A stretch of DNA of 64,000 nt, from assembly GCA_043228905.1 (NCBI GenBank), contig JBHGNT010000002.1:7316001-7380000 (forward strand), written 5' to 3'. The DNA comes from Azolla caroliniana. Lineage: Eukaryota; Plantae; Polypodiophyta. The position numbers and the translations under genes were made by a program. The notes beneath the pieces were generated by a model. The model was not told the DNA's origin. It did no database searches and was given only the letters and a program-made list of their open reading frames with translations. Position 1 is the first letter of the stretch. Each line of letters starts with the position of its first letter. Of this stretch, positions 25,815 to 36,900 are shown piece after piece.

Positions 25815-27787
25815 ATGACAGTGTCCGTTGATCGTCTAGTGAACGCTCGAGAGGGCATGGGTACCTTTGACAAGGTTGTAGAGGCAATAATCGACATGAT
25901 AGGCCGATTCAATGGAAAGGACGTGACAAGCTACTTGGAGGCTTACTGGGCTGAAATGATAATGAGGTACATCCCTGAAGATAGGCGGTTATCCGGATTC
26001 CCGCGAATAGTGACACCGAGCATCCATGCGGAGGTGCTCAAGGTTTAGGATGATTGCCAGAACTGGGCGGAATTTGAGGGGTGGCTCCTCGAAAGGTACG
26101 GTTTCAACGACTTGCTTCGATTGTCAAAGAGGGAGTTCATGGAGTGGGTTGAGAGCCCTGGAAAGGGGGGAATACATTGGTGCTCCTCCAAGAGTTCAAA
26201 ACGTGATTTGCCCGACTTTCGGCATTAGACTGGACTGTGCTCGATACGGGGAAGGTCCTGTTGTTTATTAAGTCTGTCGACGCGCTGGACCGAGAGAAGG
26301 TGGGTCTCCTATTGGAGATGGATGAAGGGCTCATGGCCGACTGGGCCGTGGTTAAGAGGGTCTGCAACCGTTTCAATAAGCAGCAGGATTGGAACAACGA
26401 GGGGTCATCTATGACCGATGCGACTACAGGAAAGAAGTTCGAGGATCCGATTCCGACCTGGTCAGAAGAGACAAGACGGTGGCTCAAGTCAGGCATGACC
26501 CCGACCAATGTGGCCGGAGGACCTACTGGGGGGGAGGCTCTAGAGGAGCCGATGAGGATGATGCGTGATCTCCAGATTGCTCAGGCCCGGCAGTCAAGAG
26601 TGCGATCGGAGCCCACCGAACGATAGGAGATACATGAGGTGCGATAACGTCAGCCACATTCGGAGAGATTGTGTCGACTTCACTGACGCACTGAGGAACA
26701 ATGTGGTATATCTTTGGAATGGTAGGGTACATGCATGGTACACGTGAAGGCCCATGGAACTAAGCATCGGTCATGGCGGGATGAAGAGGTTTATGGAGGA
26801 GGCTGCGGTGTGGCACGACACGTTGAAACCATTCATTACTCGGCATCCGCCGGTATTCAGCTCGGGGGGGAGAATAACTAGAGAATGAAGGACACCGGAT
26901 TCTGGTAGGTGGTGCTTGAAACCATCTCCAGGAAGAGGCTACGGAAGGAAGAGGCGGAGCGCGCGGAGAGGTGGGTCCAAGAGGGCACCGGATGGAATGA
27001 TCTAGTTGAAGAGAAAACCGGGTTCGTAGAGGCCACATGCTAAAACTATGAGGTTCTGGTCGAAGACAAACGAGCTTTGAACCGGTATGACACCCGAAGT
27101 GGCCCGAAGAAGAATGACGAGGGCCCAACCGACTCACAGGAGAAGACGAACTTGCCAAGCTTCTGGTTTAGCTCGAAGATAGAAAGGGCGACGAACCTAC
27201 GAAAGGTCTTGGAGGAGCAGATCCTCGATAGTTGCGTGTAACTCATGTTGCGGGAAGTGCTTGGGATAGCAAAGAAGGAGTTCCACAACGACATCATCGA
27301 TCTGGTAAAAAGGAAGAGGCTGTCAATGGAGTCGGAGGCCGAAAGGCCGGTCGAGGTGAGGCCGACGTTGATCAATGGAATGGCGGTAGAAGACGAATAT
27401 ACCAAAAGCCACTTCTTGAAGCCACACCAAGCGATGGCAATGACGGAAACCTGGTCTGGATCGGGAACGTGAAAGAGCCGGTCATAGCACTAATCGACCC
27501 GCGCAACGGAGGAGTTACACGGGGCGTGCCCGAATGTCTCAGTGAAGATCGGGGATGTCGAGATCGACCAACACTTCTTCGTGCAGGAGACATCCTCCCA
27601 TCCGGTGATTCTTAGTGAACCCTATATTATGGCAGCCTGAATGGAGACCAAGGTATTGGACAATGGTTCAGCCTACGCGCAGGTGAAAAGCCAGGACGGT
27701 CGGCACTCCGTACAATTCTTGACGGTCTGGCCGAACCATGAGCGGAATCGGGATTCCCTTGATGGTGGAGTCTGAGAGGATTTTTAG
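25815..27787 (+). pseudogene. gypsy gag and protease, with stops and frameshifts
   Basis: Gag fragments (25815-26626), a degenerate CCHC knuckle (~26630-26675), and protease-type VIALID...VKIGDVEIDQHFFVQE.SSHPVIL..PYI ending EDF*. Confidence 0.75.
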
Positions 27788-27847
27788 AGAGGACTATCAA
27801 GGCGTGGGGCTACGATAGTCCGCACATCCGGATGAAACCCCACACCT
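27778..27847 (+). promoter_or_regulatory. -1 programmed ribosomal frameshift signal (slippery heptamer plus H-type pseudoknot)
   Basis: G_GAT_TTT_TAG is in phase with the protease frame. After a 6-nt spacer, stem 1 is GGACTATC/GATAGTCC and stem 2 is AGGCGTGGGG/CCCCACACCT. The -1 frame is open to 28038. Confidence 0.75.
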
Positions 27848-29198
27848 GTACCATAGGTAGGAAATTTTGGCCCTCTGTTGATGGAGGTTGTACCATAACC
27901 GGCATCGGTGGCCGGGAAAGGAAGCAGGTCGAAGGGCACTTGAAGGCATGTGGAGCCTTGGGCCCAGACGAAGAGATCGGTGGAACCGTGGAGGCGGTCT
28001 CATTCGATGACACCCTCAGGGAGATCGAGAGGGTCTGAACGAAGACCGGATGATTATGGTCAATTGGATTGAGATGTACGAAGTCATCATGGACTTCAGG
28101 CAGATGGTCGGGTCGGATCAGACGACCTAAGTTGACATGAAGTACAAGACTGTGGACAGGAAGGTGAGGCCAATTGCGGCTCCCTTGCAGGACGATAACT
28201 GGGAGCGGATGAAAGGGGTTGTGATTGACCTGAGTTCAGTGTTTTGTTTGGCATAGGGCACCGATTCACCGAGGAGACATTGCGGAAGCTCAAGATCGGT
28301 GGGGGTGGCTTCCTACTCCCTGCGGAGGAGGACCAGTTTCAGAGGATGCTCGAAAGGCACGAGAAAGCCTTTGCATTCTCGCTAGGGGAGATCGGATGTG
28401 TCGACCCGACAATCGTAGAACCGATGGTGATCTTCACAGTACCACATGTACCGTGGAATCTCAAACTGATTCAGGTACCGAGAGCTCACATCCCGAAGCT
28501 GATGGAGCTACTCAAGGAGAAGGTCAATATGGGTATCCTCGAACCATCGAGCACCCCGTACTCGAATTGATGGTTTATGGTGCCGACGAAGAATGGCACA
28601 CTGCGCTTTATTCAGGACCTACATTTGGTCAACAATGTGACCATTCGAAATGCAAGAGTCGGTCCAACGATCGATGTGTTTGCGGAGGCCTTTGGCGGAA
28701 GGTTTATCTACTTGGTGAGGGGTAAAAGCATGCGAGTGGAAACACTATTATAGCTAATTAGCTACTAAAATGGCCATAGCTAATTAGCTATTTGTTTAGC
28801 TAGTCTTTCTTGTGGGAAAATCAAATATTTGAAAAACTAATTTATGAAAAAACTCAAATATTTGAACTTCTGTTTCAGACGTAGTGGAACTTGGGGAATA
28901 TCACCATCATCTAAGGTCGACTTCAATGTCATCAATTTCCTGTTTAGCCTAAGTCTGATTTTGAACGCAGATGGAGTACTCAGAGCACGAATGCAGACGT
29001 AGCTCCCGCAACAGCAAAAAATCGACATTGCAGATTGAGAGCTACAACACAGAACCCGCTCGATCATCGTCCAGGTATGTTTCAGTTACAGAAACCCCAA
29101 ACATTTGTTTTTTCTTTTTGACTACTGTCTGAACTTTGGTGCCGATTCATATTTCCCCAAAATCGAATAGGGCGAAGTCCTTGGAGTCCCATACAAGG

Positions 29199-32100
29199 AT
29201 GTCTCGCAAATCGGGGAGTAGCAACAGGTGTGTTTATATTACTTTTTTTGTGTTTAATCCTGTCTTTAGTGATTAGGGTTTGTGATTGAAATTTCTGATT
29301 AGGGTTTGTGATTGAAATTTCTGATTAGGGTTTTTGATTATAAATTTCTGATTAGAATTTCTGAATAGGGTTTCTGGTTACAAATTTTGATTACAAATTA
29401 GAATTTCTGAATAGGGTTTTTGTTTATAAATTTTTGCTTAGGATTTCTGATTAGGGTTTGTGATTGAAATTTTTTATTAGGGTTTCTGATTGAAATTTCT
29501 GATTAGGGTTTTTGATTATAAATTTCTGATTAGAATTTCTGAATAAGGTTTCTGGTTACAAACTTCTGATTACAGATTTTGATTAGGGTTTCTGATTTCA
29601 AACTTCTGATTACAGATTTTGATTAGGTTAAGTTAAAGATTTTGCACCATTTTTGTTGTTGTTGATTGGGGTTTTTGATTCTCACATATTCTGATTTTGC
29701 ACTATTTCTGATTTCTGAAATGATATTTCAGATGGCTCGTTCCTCCGTATACGAGAGTGCTAAACTTCGCAAAATTTTGCGAGACAAAGGAGGACTTCCA
29801 CAACACCTATGGTCTGTCACTCGAGGGTGTTGACCCTGCTGTCCTAAGTGATAAATTGATCAGTGATATAGACTGGATGACAGTATATACAGTGCCTAGA
29901 GTCAAAGGCAAGGTCAAGCTCAAGCATGTACGAGCCGACTTGTACGATGACTGCATGAGACTGCACCAGAAAGTTCATCAGGAGATCCCAGTCAACAATG
30001 AGTTGTCAGTTTCATTTGCTAGAGCATTTGCATATGAGTACTGCAAAACAGCGAAGGAATCTAGAGACCCTGAAATGTATAGGGTAGCTTGGGCAGTCTA
30101 TGGTGAGGCATTGGTAAAAAGATGCCGAAAGATGGGGACCTTGGCACAAAAAATAGACAGATTTTGGAGCATGGCAGCTGTTGATGCAACTGCCGACTCC
30201 CAGCAAGACCGGGGGCATACACCACACCGACACCCAAGGAAAGCCAATGTCGATGATACAGGTGAGACATTGGTTAGCTATATGCTAAAAAATGTCCATG
30301 AAGCCTGTGAGACATTGGCATTTTTTAAGACTGATTTAGAGAAAGCCACAATGGCTTCTGCAATGGAGAGCAAAGTTACTTCTGCTGTTACAACAATTAG
30401 AAATAAGATTCAGGTAACTATTGTTTTGCCGGTATGTGATTGTGTTATAAATAACGGGTAAAAAGTGCTAATCAAGCATTATCTGGAATAGGTTGCGCAA
30501 CAGGAGCTTGAATTAGAGGGGCCACTGGATCCCCAGCGTAAAATAGAACTGCAAATAGAGATCCAGGTTCTTTCAATGAACCTGGACCTTCTAGGTGTAA
30601 ATACTGTTGCAGATTACAATTTGGATAAGCTTCAAGTAAGTTAACGATTCCTGAGCAAAGTTGGTGTATCTTTCAACAACAAGAATAATTAATCGGTAAA
30701 TTTCTCTGTTGCGTTGAAGGAACAATACATTCATCAAGAACAGGTAGTTAGCTGCCTTAAGAAGAAGCTACATTTTGTGGAGGGAATGGTAAGGACCAGA
30801 CAGGATTTGGACCTGAACATTCTTGCTCCCTTACCAAATGAAGTAGAACCAGAAAATGATTTATTGACAGTTCAAGCACGTTGCATCGCTTGCGGGTTAG
30901 GTGTGGAGGACAAAACTGCGTCTTTGTTGGTTCACCTACAACCATGCAACCACACATACCATCTGCTTTGTTTTCAACATGCCTGTCGAATTGCTGCATT
31001 CTGTTTGGGAGATTGCAGTACAACTCTACCAAATGAGTGGAGAAAACAAACAGGTATACCATACTGTAGCTAATAAGCTTAGTCTTTTCTAATTAGCTAT
31101 CCTACTAGCTAATTAGCTACTGGCAGCTAATGAGCTACTAGCTAATTAGCTATCCTAGTAGCTAATTAGCTATGGTACTAGCTAATTAGCTAGTACCATA
31201 GTTGTGTAAAAAAGCTAAATAGCTATCCTACTAGCTAATTAGCCACTGGCAACTAATTAGCTATCCTAGTAACTAATTAGCTACTGCCATAGTTGTGTAA
31301 AGTAGCTAATAAGCTATCCTAGTAGCTAGTTAGCTATGGTACTAGCTAATTAGCTAGTACCATAGTTGTGTAAAAAAGCTAATTAGCTATCCTACTAGCT
31401 AATTAGCTACTGGCAACTAATTAGCTATCGTACTAGCTAATTAGCTATCATAGTAGCTAATTAGCTACTGACATAGTTGTGTAAAGTAGCTAATAAGCTA
31501 TCCTAGTAGCTAGTTAGCTATGGTACTAGCTAATTAGCTAGTACCATAGTTGTGTAAAAAAGCTAATTAGCTATCCTACTAGCTAATTAGCTACTGGCAA
31601 CTAATTAGCTATCCTACTAGCTAATTAGCTATCCTACTAGCTAATTAGCTATCATAGTAGCTAATTAGCTACTGACATAGTTGTGTAAAGTAGCTAATAA
31701 GCTATCCTAGTAGCTAATTAGCTACTGGCAGCTAATTAGCTATCCTAGTAGCTAATTAGCTACTGGCAGCTAATTAGCTGTCCTAGTAGCTAATAAGCTA
31801 TCCTAGCTACTACATAGTTGAGAAAGTAGCTAATTAGCTTTCATTGTAGCTAATTAGCTATCCTAGCTACCACCATAGTTAGTAAAGTAGCTAATTAGCT
31901 ATCCTAGCTACTACCATAGTTAGTAAAGTAGCTAATTAGCTATCCTAGCTACTACTATAGTTGAGTAAAGTAGCTAATTAGCTACCATAGTAGCTAATTA
32001 GCTATCCTAGCTACTACTATAGTTGTGTAAAGTAGCTAATAAGCTATCCTACTAGCTAATTAGCTATCCTAGCTACTACCATAGTTAGTAAAGTAGCTAA

Positions 32101-33068
32101 TTAGCTATCCTAGCTACTACTATAGTTGAGTAAAGTAGCTAATTAGCTACCATAGTAGCTAATTAGCTATCCTAGCTACTACTATAGTTGTGTAAAGTAG
32201 CTAATAAGCTATCCTACTAGCTAATTAGCTATCCTAGTAGGTAATTAGCTATGGTACTAGCTAATTAGCTAGTACTATAGTTGTGTAAAAAAGCTAATTA
32301 GGTATCCTACTAGCTAATTAGCCACTGGCAACTAATTAGCTATCCTAGTAACTAATTAGCTACTGCCATAGTTGTGTAAAGTAGCTAATAAGCTATCCTA
32401 GTAGCTAATTAGCTACTAGCAGCTAATTAGCTATCCTAGTAGCTAATTAGCTATCCTACTAGCTAATTAGCTACTACCATAGTTGAGTAAAGTACCTAAT
32501 TAGCTATCCTACTAGCTAATTAGCTACTACCATAGTTGAGTAAAGTACCTAATTAGCTATCCTACTGGCAACTAATTAGCTATCCTAGTAGCTAATTAGC
32601 TGCTGGCAACTAATTAGCTATCCTACTAGCGAATTAGCTATCCTAGCGAATTAGCTATCCTAGTAGCTACTGCCATAATTGTGTAAAGTAGCTAATAAGC
32701 TATCCTACTAGCTAATTAGCTACTGGCAGCTAATTAGCTATCCTAGTAGCTAATTAGCTACTGGCAGCTAATTAGCTGTCCTAGTAGCTAATAAGCTATC
32801 CTAACTACTACCATAGTTGAGTAAAGTACCTAATTAGCTATCCTAACTACTACCATAGTTGAGTAAAGTACCTAATTAGCTATCATACTAGCTAATTAGC
32901 TATCGTACTAGCTAATTAGCTATCCTAGCTTCTACCATAGTTTAGTAAAGTAGCTAATTAGCTATCCTAAATAACTGTCATGTTATTGTAGAATCTTGTG
33001 GATTAAGGACGGCACATGATGTGTCTGGTGCTGATGATGCTTTAAGCGTCTCACAAAGTGTGGCTTAA
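29199..33068 (+). CDS. transposon-borne coiled-coil plus RING-H2 finger protein (putative E3 ligase), 5 exons, ~421 aa
   Basis: Exons 29199-29227, 29732-30413, 30492-30635, 30720-31053 and 32992-33068 are all GT-AG, in phase and stop-free. The motif C-x2-C-x17-C-x-H-x2-H-x2-C-x10-C-x3-C is present (CIAC...PCNHTYHLLC...CLGDC). Confidence 0.75.
29270..29630 (+). repeat. 13-bp-period tandem repeat rich in telo-box/TTAGGG, in intron 1 of the RING gene
   Basis: Alternating TGATTAGGGTTT(C/G/T) and TGATTGAAATTTC units. Confidence 0.85.
31066..32970. repeat. palindromic satellite array A (TAGCTAATTAGCTA core) filling the last intron of the RING gene
   Basis: ~20-bp units interspersed with longer units containing CATAGTTG(T/A)GTAAAG; higher-order duplications visible. 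Confidence 0.95.
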
Positions 33069-33230
33069 GAGACTCGAATGTTCGTAGTTGAACTTTGATA
33101 GTTGGATGCATTCGTTTGAACCTAATAAATAAATCGACCTGCGTAATAAAGGGGAATTAGTTATTCTCGTAACTAGCTAACTATCCTAGTAGCTAATTAG
33201 CTATTCTAGTAGCTAGTTAGCTATTCTAGT

Positions 33231-33804
33231 CATAGTTCCTAATATTCGCGTACGTCCAATTTACTGGACGTACGCGAACGTTTGCAAACGTACGCGTATG
33301 ATACGCGATATTCGTTTGGCTTTTTTTTTTTTTATACTTTTTTTTGGTTTTTTTAATTTTTGATATTCATAATATTTTGTGAATAGAAGTGACATCTGAC
33401 ACACATACACACACTCTCTCTCTCTTTCTCTCACACGAGAACTGACAGATTTTCTCTCTCTACAAAATCTAGATATCTAATATACATATTAGATACTCCC
33501 TCACACAGACAAAACCCATAGCTCCTCTCTCTCTCTCTCTCTCTAGAGTCTAGATATACACTCAATCACTGTCTCCTCACACATGCAAAACAAGGCTTCT
33601 CTCTCTAGACCACACACGCTCTCTCTCTCTCTCTCTCCCCCTCACACACACACACTATGTACACCATATACACCATATGTATATATAATATATCTATGTA
33701 CCGCGTATGGATTTCAATCATACTTGGAGCCTTTTCACGTATGAGTATGATACGAATATTGGCGTTTGAGTATGACACGAATGAGACGTATGGCTAGAAC
33801 TATG
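33231..33804. mobile_element. hAT-type MITE (574 bp) nested in the palindromic array
   Basis: TIR CATAGTTC...GAACTATG; perfect 8-bp TSD ATTCTAGT (33223-33230 and 33805-33812); TACGCG/TACG subterminal motifs; CT/CA microsatellite core. Confidence 0.9.
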
Positions 33805-35035
33805 ATTCTAGTAGCTAGTTAGCTATTCTAGTAGTAGATTAGCTATCATGGTAGCTAATTAGTTGTCCTAGTAGCTAATTAGCTATCATGGTAGTTAATT
33901 AGCTGTCGTAGTAGCTAATTAGCTATCATGGTAGCTAATTAGCTATTCTAGTAGCTAATTAGCTATCATGGTAGCTAATTAGCTGTCGTAGTAGCTAATT
34001 AGCTATCATGGTAGCTAATTAGCTGTCCTAGTAGCTAATTGGTTGTCCTAGTAGCTAATTAGCTATCATGGTAGCTAATTAGCTGTCGTAGTAGCTAATT
34101 AGCTATCATGGTAGCTAATTAGCTATTCTAGTAGCTAATTAGCTATTCTAGTAGCTAATTAGCTATCATGGTAGCTAATTAGCTGTCGTAGTAGCTAATT
34201 AGCTATCATGGTAGCTAATTAGCTGTCGTAGTAGCTAATTAGCTATCATGGTAGCTAATTAGCTATTCTAGTAGCTAATTAGCTATCATGGTAGCTAATT
34301 AGCTGTCGTAGTAGCTAATTAGCTATCATGGTAGCTAATTAGCTGTCCTAGTAGCTAATTAGTTGTCCTAGTAGCTAATTAGCTATCATGGTGGCTAATT
34401 AGCTTGTCTACTAGCTAATTAGCTATCATGGTGGCTAATTAGCTTTCCTAGTAACTAATTAGCTATCATGGTAGCTAATTAGCTGGTCTAGTAGCTAATT
34501 AGCTATCGTGGTAGCTAATTAGCTATAATGGTGGCTGATTAGCTTTCCTAGTAACTAATTAGCTATCATGGTAGCTAATTAGCTATCACGGTGGCTAATT
34601 AGCTGTCCTAGTAACTAATTAGCTATCATGGTAGCTAATTAGCTGGTAACTAATTAGCTATCATGGTAACTAATTAGCTATCATGGTAACTAATTAGCTA
34701 TCATGGTAGCTAATTAGCTGGTAACTAATTAGCTATCATGGTAGCTAATTAGCTATCATAGTAGCTAATTAGCTATCATGGTAGCTAATTAGCTTTCCTA
34801 GTAGCTAATTAGCTGGTAATAACGAAATAGCTAACTAGCTACCATGATAGCTAACTAGCTAGCAGTACAGCTAATTATCTGGTAGTACCTAAATTAGCTA
34901 TTGAGAATAGCTAATTAGCTATCATGGTAGTAACTATTGAGAGTAGCTAGTTACCTATGTAGTAGCGATCCTAGTAGCTAACTGAGGTAAATGTAACTGA
35001 TAAGCTAATTAGCTTTTCTGCTAACTGAGCTAATT
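33805..35035. repeat. palindromic satellite array B (20-bp period) filling the transposase intron
   Basis: About 50 copies of GTAGCTAATTAGCT + (ATCATG/ATTCTA/GTCGTA/GTCCTA); the array also continues at 33168-33230 on the other side of the MITE. Confidence 0.95.
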
Positions 35036-36159
35036 AACTTTCCGAGTAGAGTCAAAACAAATGTTGAGATAAATGTAAATACCTGAGGTACATCAAGAAG
35101 ATGAATGGGATGCTCCTCGTATTGATTTCTTCCAACACGTTTCCTGCATAAATCCTTTTTATTGGGTGAAACCCTACTCTCATTAGTCCAAAACATTGTG
35201 ATTACATCCTTGATTTCAAATGTTATGGGTGTCATTGGCTTACATCTTGTAGTTAGCTTTAGTAGACTAGTTCCTTCACCCGAGGAAATTATACGGTTCA
35301 TTGTATTGTACACTGTTTTTCTACTAACACCAATTACCTTAGATAGCTCACTGATGTTTATATCGTCAACATCACTATTAAGTAACATCATTAGACTAGA
35401 CCTTTTTAAGACAAGATCATCTTCTGACCTGCTCATGGATATGAAACTATTACGAAGATTATTTACTAAAATAGATGATATGTTTGCATTAAGACCATCA
35501 CAATCAACTAAGTCCTTTATCGATGGATCATTACATATTCCATAAAGTACTACCTTCTTTTCTTCATTGCTGATGTGCTTGGTTTGAACATTGAAATAGT
35601 CTACAACCTTTCTCTCTATGATGGTAGTCGCATTACTTACATTCTCAGCTAAACTATCCTTACCTTTACTGAGTGTGGCTTTCGTATCCTTCAACAATTG
35701 ACGATGTTTCCTTTTTTTTTCTGCCCAATAGTTTCGTATGGCTTGTTGTGTCCTGATAACATCATCCCTATCCTTATGATCATTGAGGGGTAATTCTAAA
35801 CACCCTTCTTCCCCTTCCATTTGGCTAGACATGTTAAAACCCTAAATTTCCAGAAAAAAAAACAAGTATTAAAGATGGCTATGGGCAACAACAATACACA
35901 AAAATATTCCACACAATACACAAGATTAGACACAACAATACACAAGATAATCAATAGACAGAAAAGTTATTGCAATCCAAGACCGAACAGTAGAGGATTT
36001 CACTCTGTTGGATCCAACAGTTGAGGAGGCGATCCAAGACCGACCAATGGCAACAACTGAGTGTAGAATGTTGCGGTTGGATGAGTGAACTCCGTCAAAT
36101 CGAAATGTGGAAGCAATCCGGGACTGGACAGTAGTGGCAACTGAGTATAGAATGATGGC

Positions 36160-36900
36160 AATGGAGGAGAGAACCCCGTCAGATTGAACAGTTACCGATG
36201 ATGCTTGAAACGCACATAGAAGGCACTTGAGAATAGAGTGGCATAGAGAAGAGAACCCCGTCAGATTGAACAGTTACCAATGATGCTTGAAACGCACAGT
36301 AGCGGCCCCTGAGTGAGAGTGGAAAAGAGAAGAGAACCCCGTCAGATTGAACAGTTACCAATGATGCTTGAAACGCACAGTAGCGGCCCCTGAGTGAGAG
36401 TGGAAAAGAGAAGAGAACCCCGTCAGATTGAATAGCTCTTTGATTATGCTTGGAACGCACAGTAGCAACCCCTGAGTGTAGAGTGGCAAAGAGAAGAGAA
36501 CCCCGTCAGATTGAACAGCTCTTTGATGATGCTTGGAACGCACAACAACGGCCCCTGAGTGTAGAGTGGCAAAGAGAAGAGAACCCCGTCAGATTGAACA
36601 GCTCTTTGATGATGCTTGGAACGCACAGCAACGGCCCCTGAGTGTAGAGTGGCACAGAGAAGAGAACCCCCTCAGATTGAACAGCTCTTTGATGATGCTT
36701 GGAACGCACAGTAATGGCCCCTGAGTGTAGAGTGGCACAGAGAAGAGAACCCCCTCAGATTGAACAGCTCTTTGATGATGCTTGGAATGCATAGTAGTGG
36801 CCCCTGAGTGTAGAGTGTCACAGAGAAGAGAACCCCGTCAGATTGAGCAGCTCTTTGATGATGCTTGGAACGCACAGTAGCGGCCCCTCAGTGTAGAGTG
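36160..36900. repeat. ~83-bp tandem repeat (about 9 copies) upstream of the transposase
   Basis: Unit AGAGAAGAGAACCCCGTCAGATTGAACAGCTCTTTGATGATGCTTGGAACGCACAGTAGCGGCCCCTGAGTGTAGAGTGGCA; more diverged copies toward 36000. Confidence 0.95.

Larger units (their letters stand above)
32983..35832 (-). pseudogene. truncated Sola2-like transposase (N-terminal part only)
   Basis: Exon 35832-35083 (CAG|GTATTT) splices in phase 0 to 33138, giving FWTNESRVSPNKKDLCRKRVGRNQYEEHPIHLLDVPQ|VDLFIRFKRMHPTIKVQLRTFESLKPHFVRRLK. It then breaks at ~33040; no catalytic DDD/E region remains. Confidence 0.65.

Noticed and set aside
29270-29630. Interstitial telomere or chromosome fusion scar
   Set aside because: TTAGGG occurs only within 13-bp units, not as (TTTAGGG)n or (TTAGGG)n, and is bounded by splice sites of an intron.
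33805-34820. Palindromic repeat with variable spacers, resembling a CRISPR array
   Set aside because: Spacers are only 6 bp and recur, there are no cas genes, and the array lies in a eukaryotic intron.
36160-36900. 83-bp array as a CRISPR array or as coding ORFs (MRSKHHQRAVQ...)
   Set aside because: Whole units are repeated with no unique spacers; the short ORFs are by-products of the repeat.
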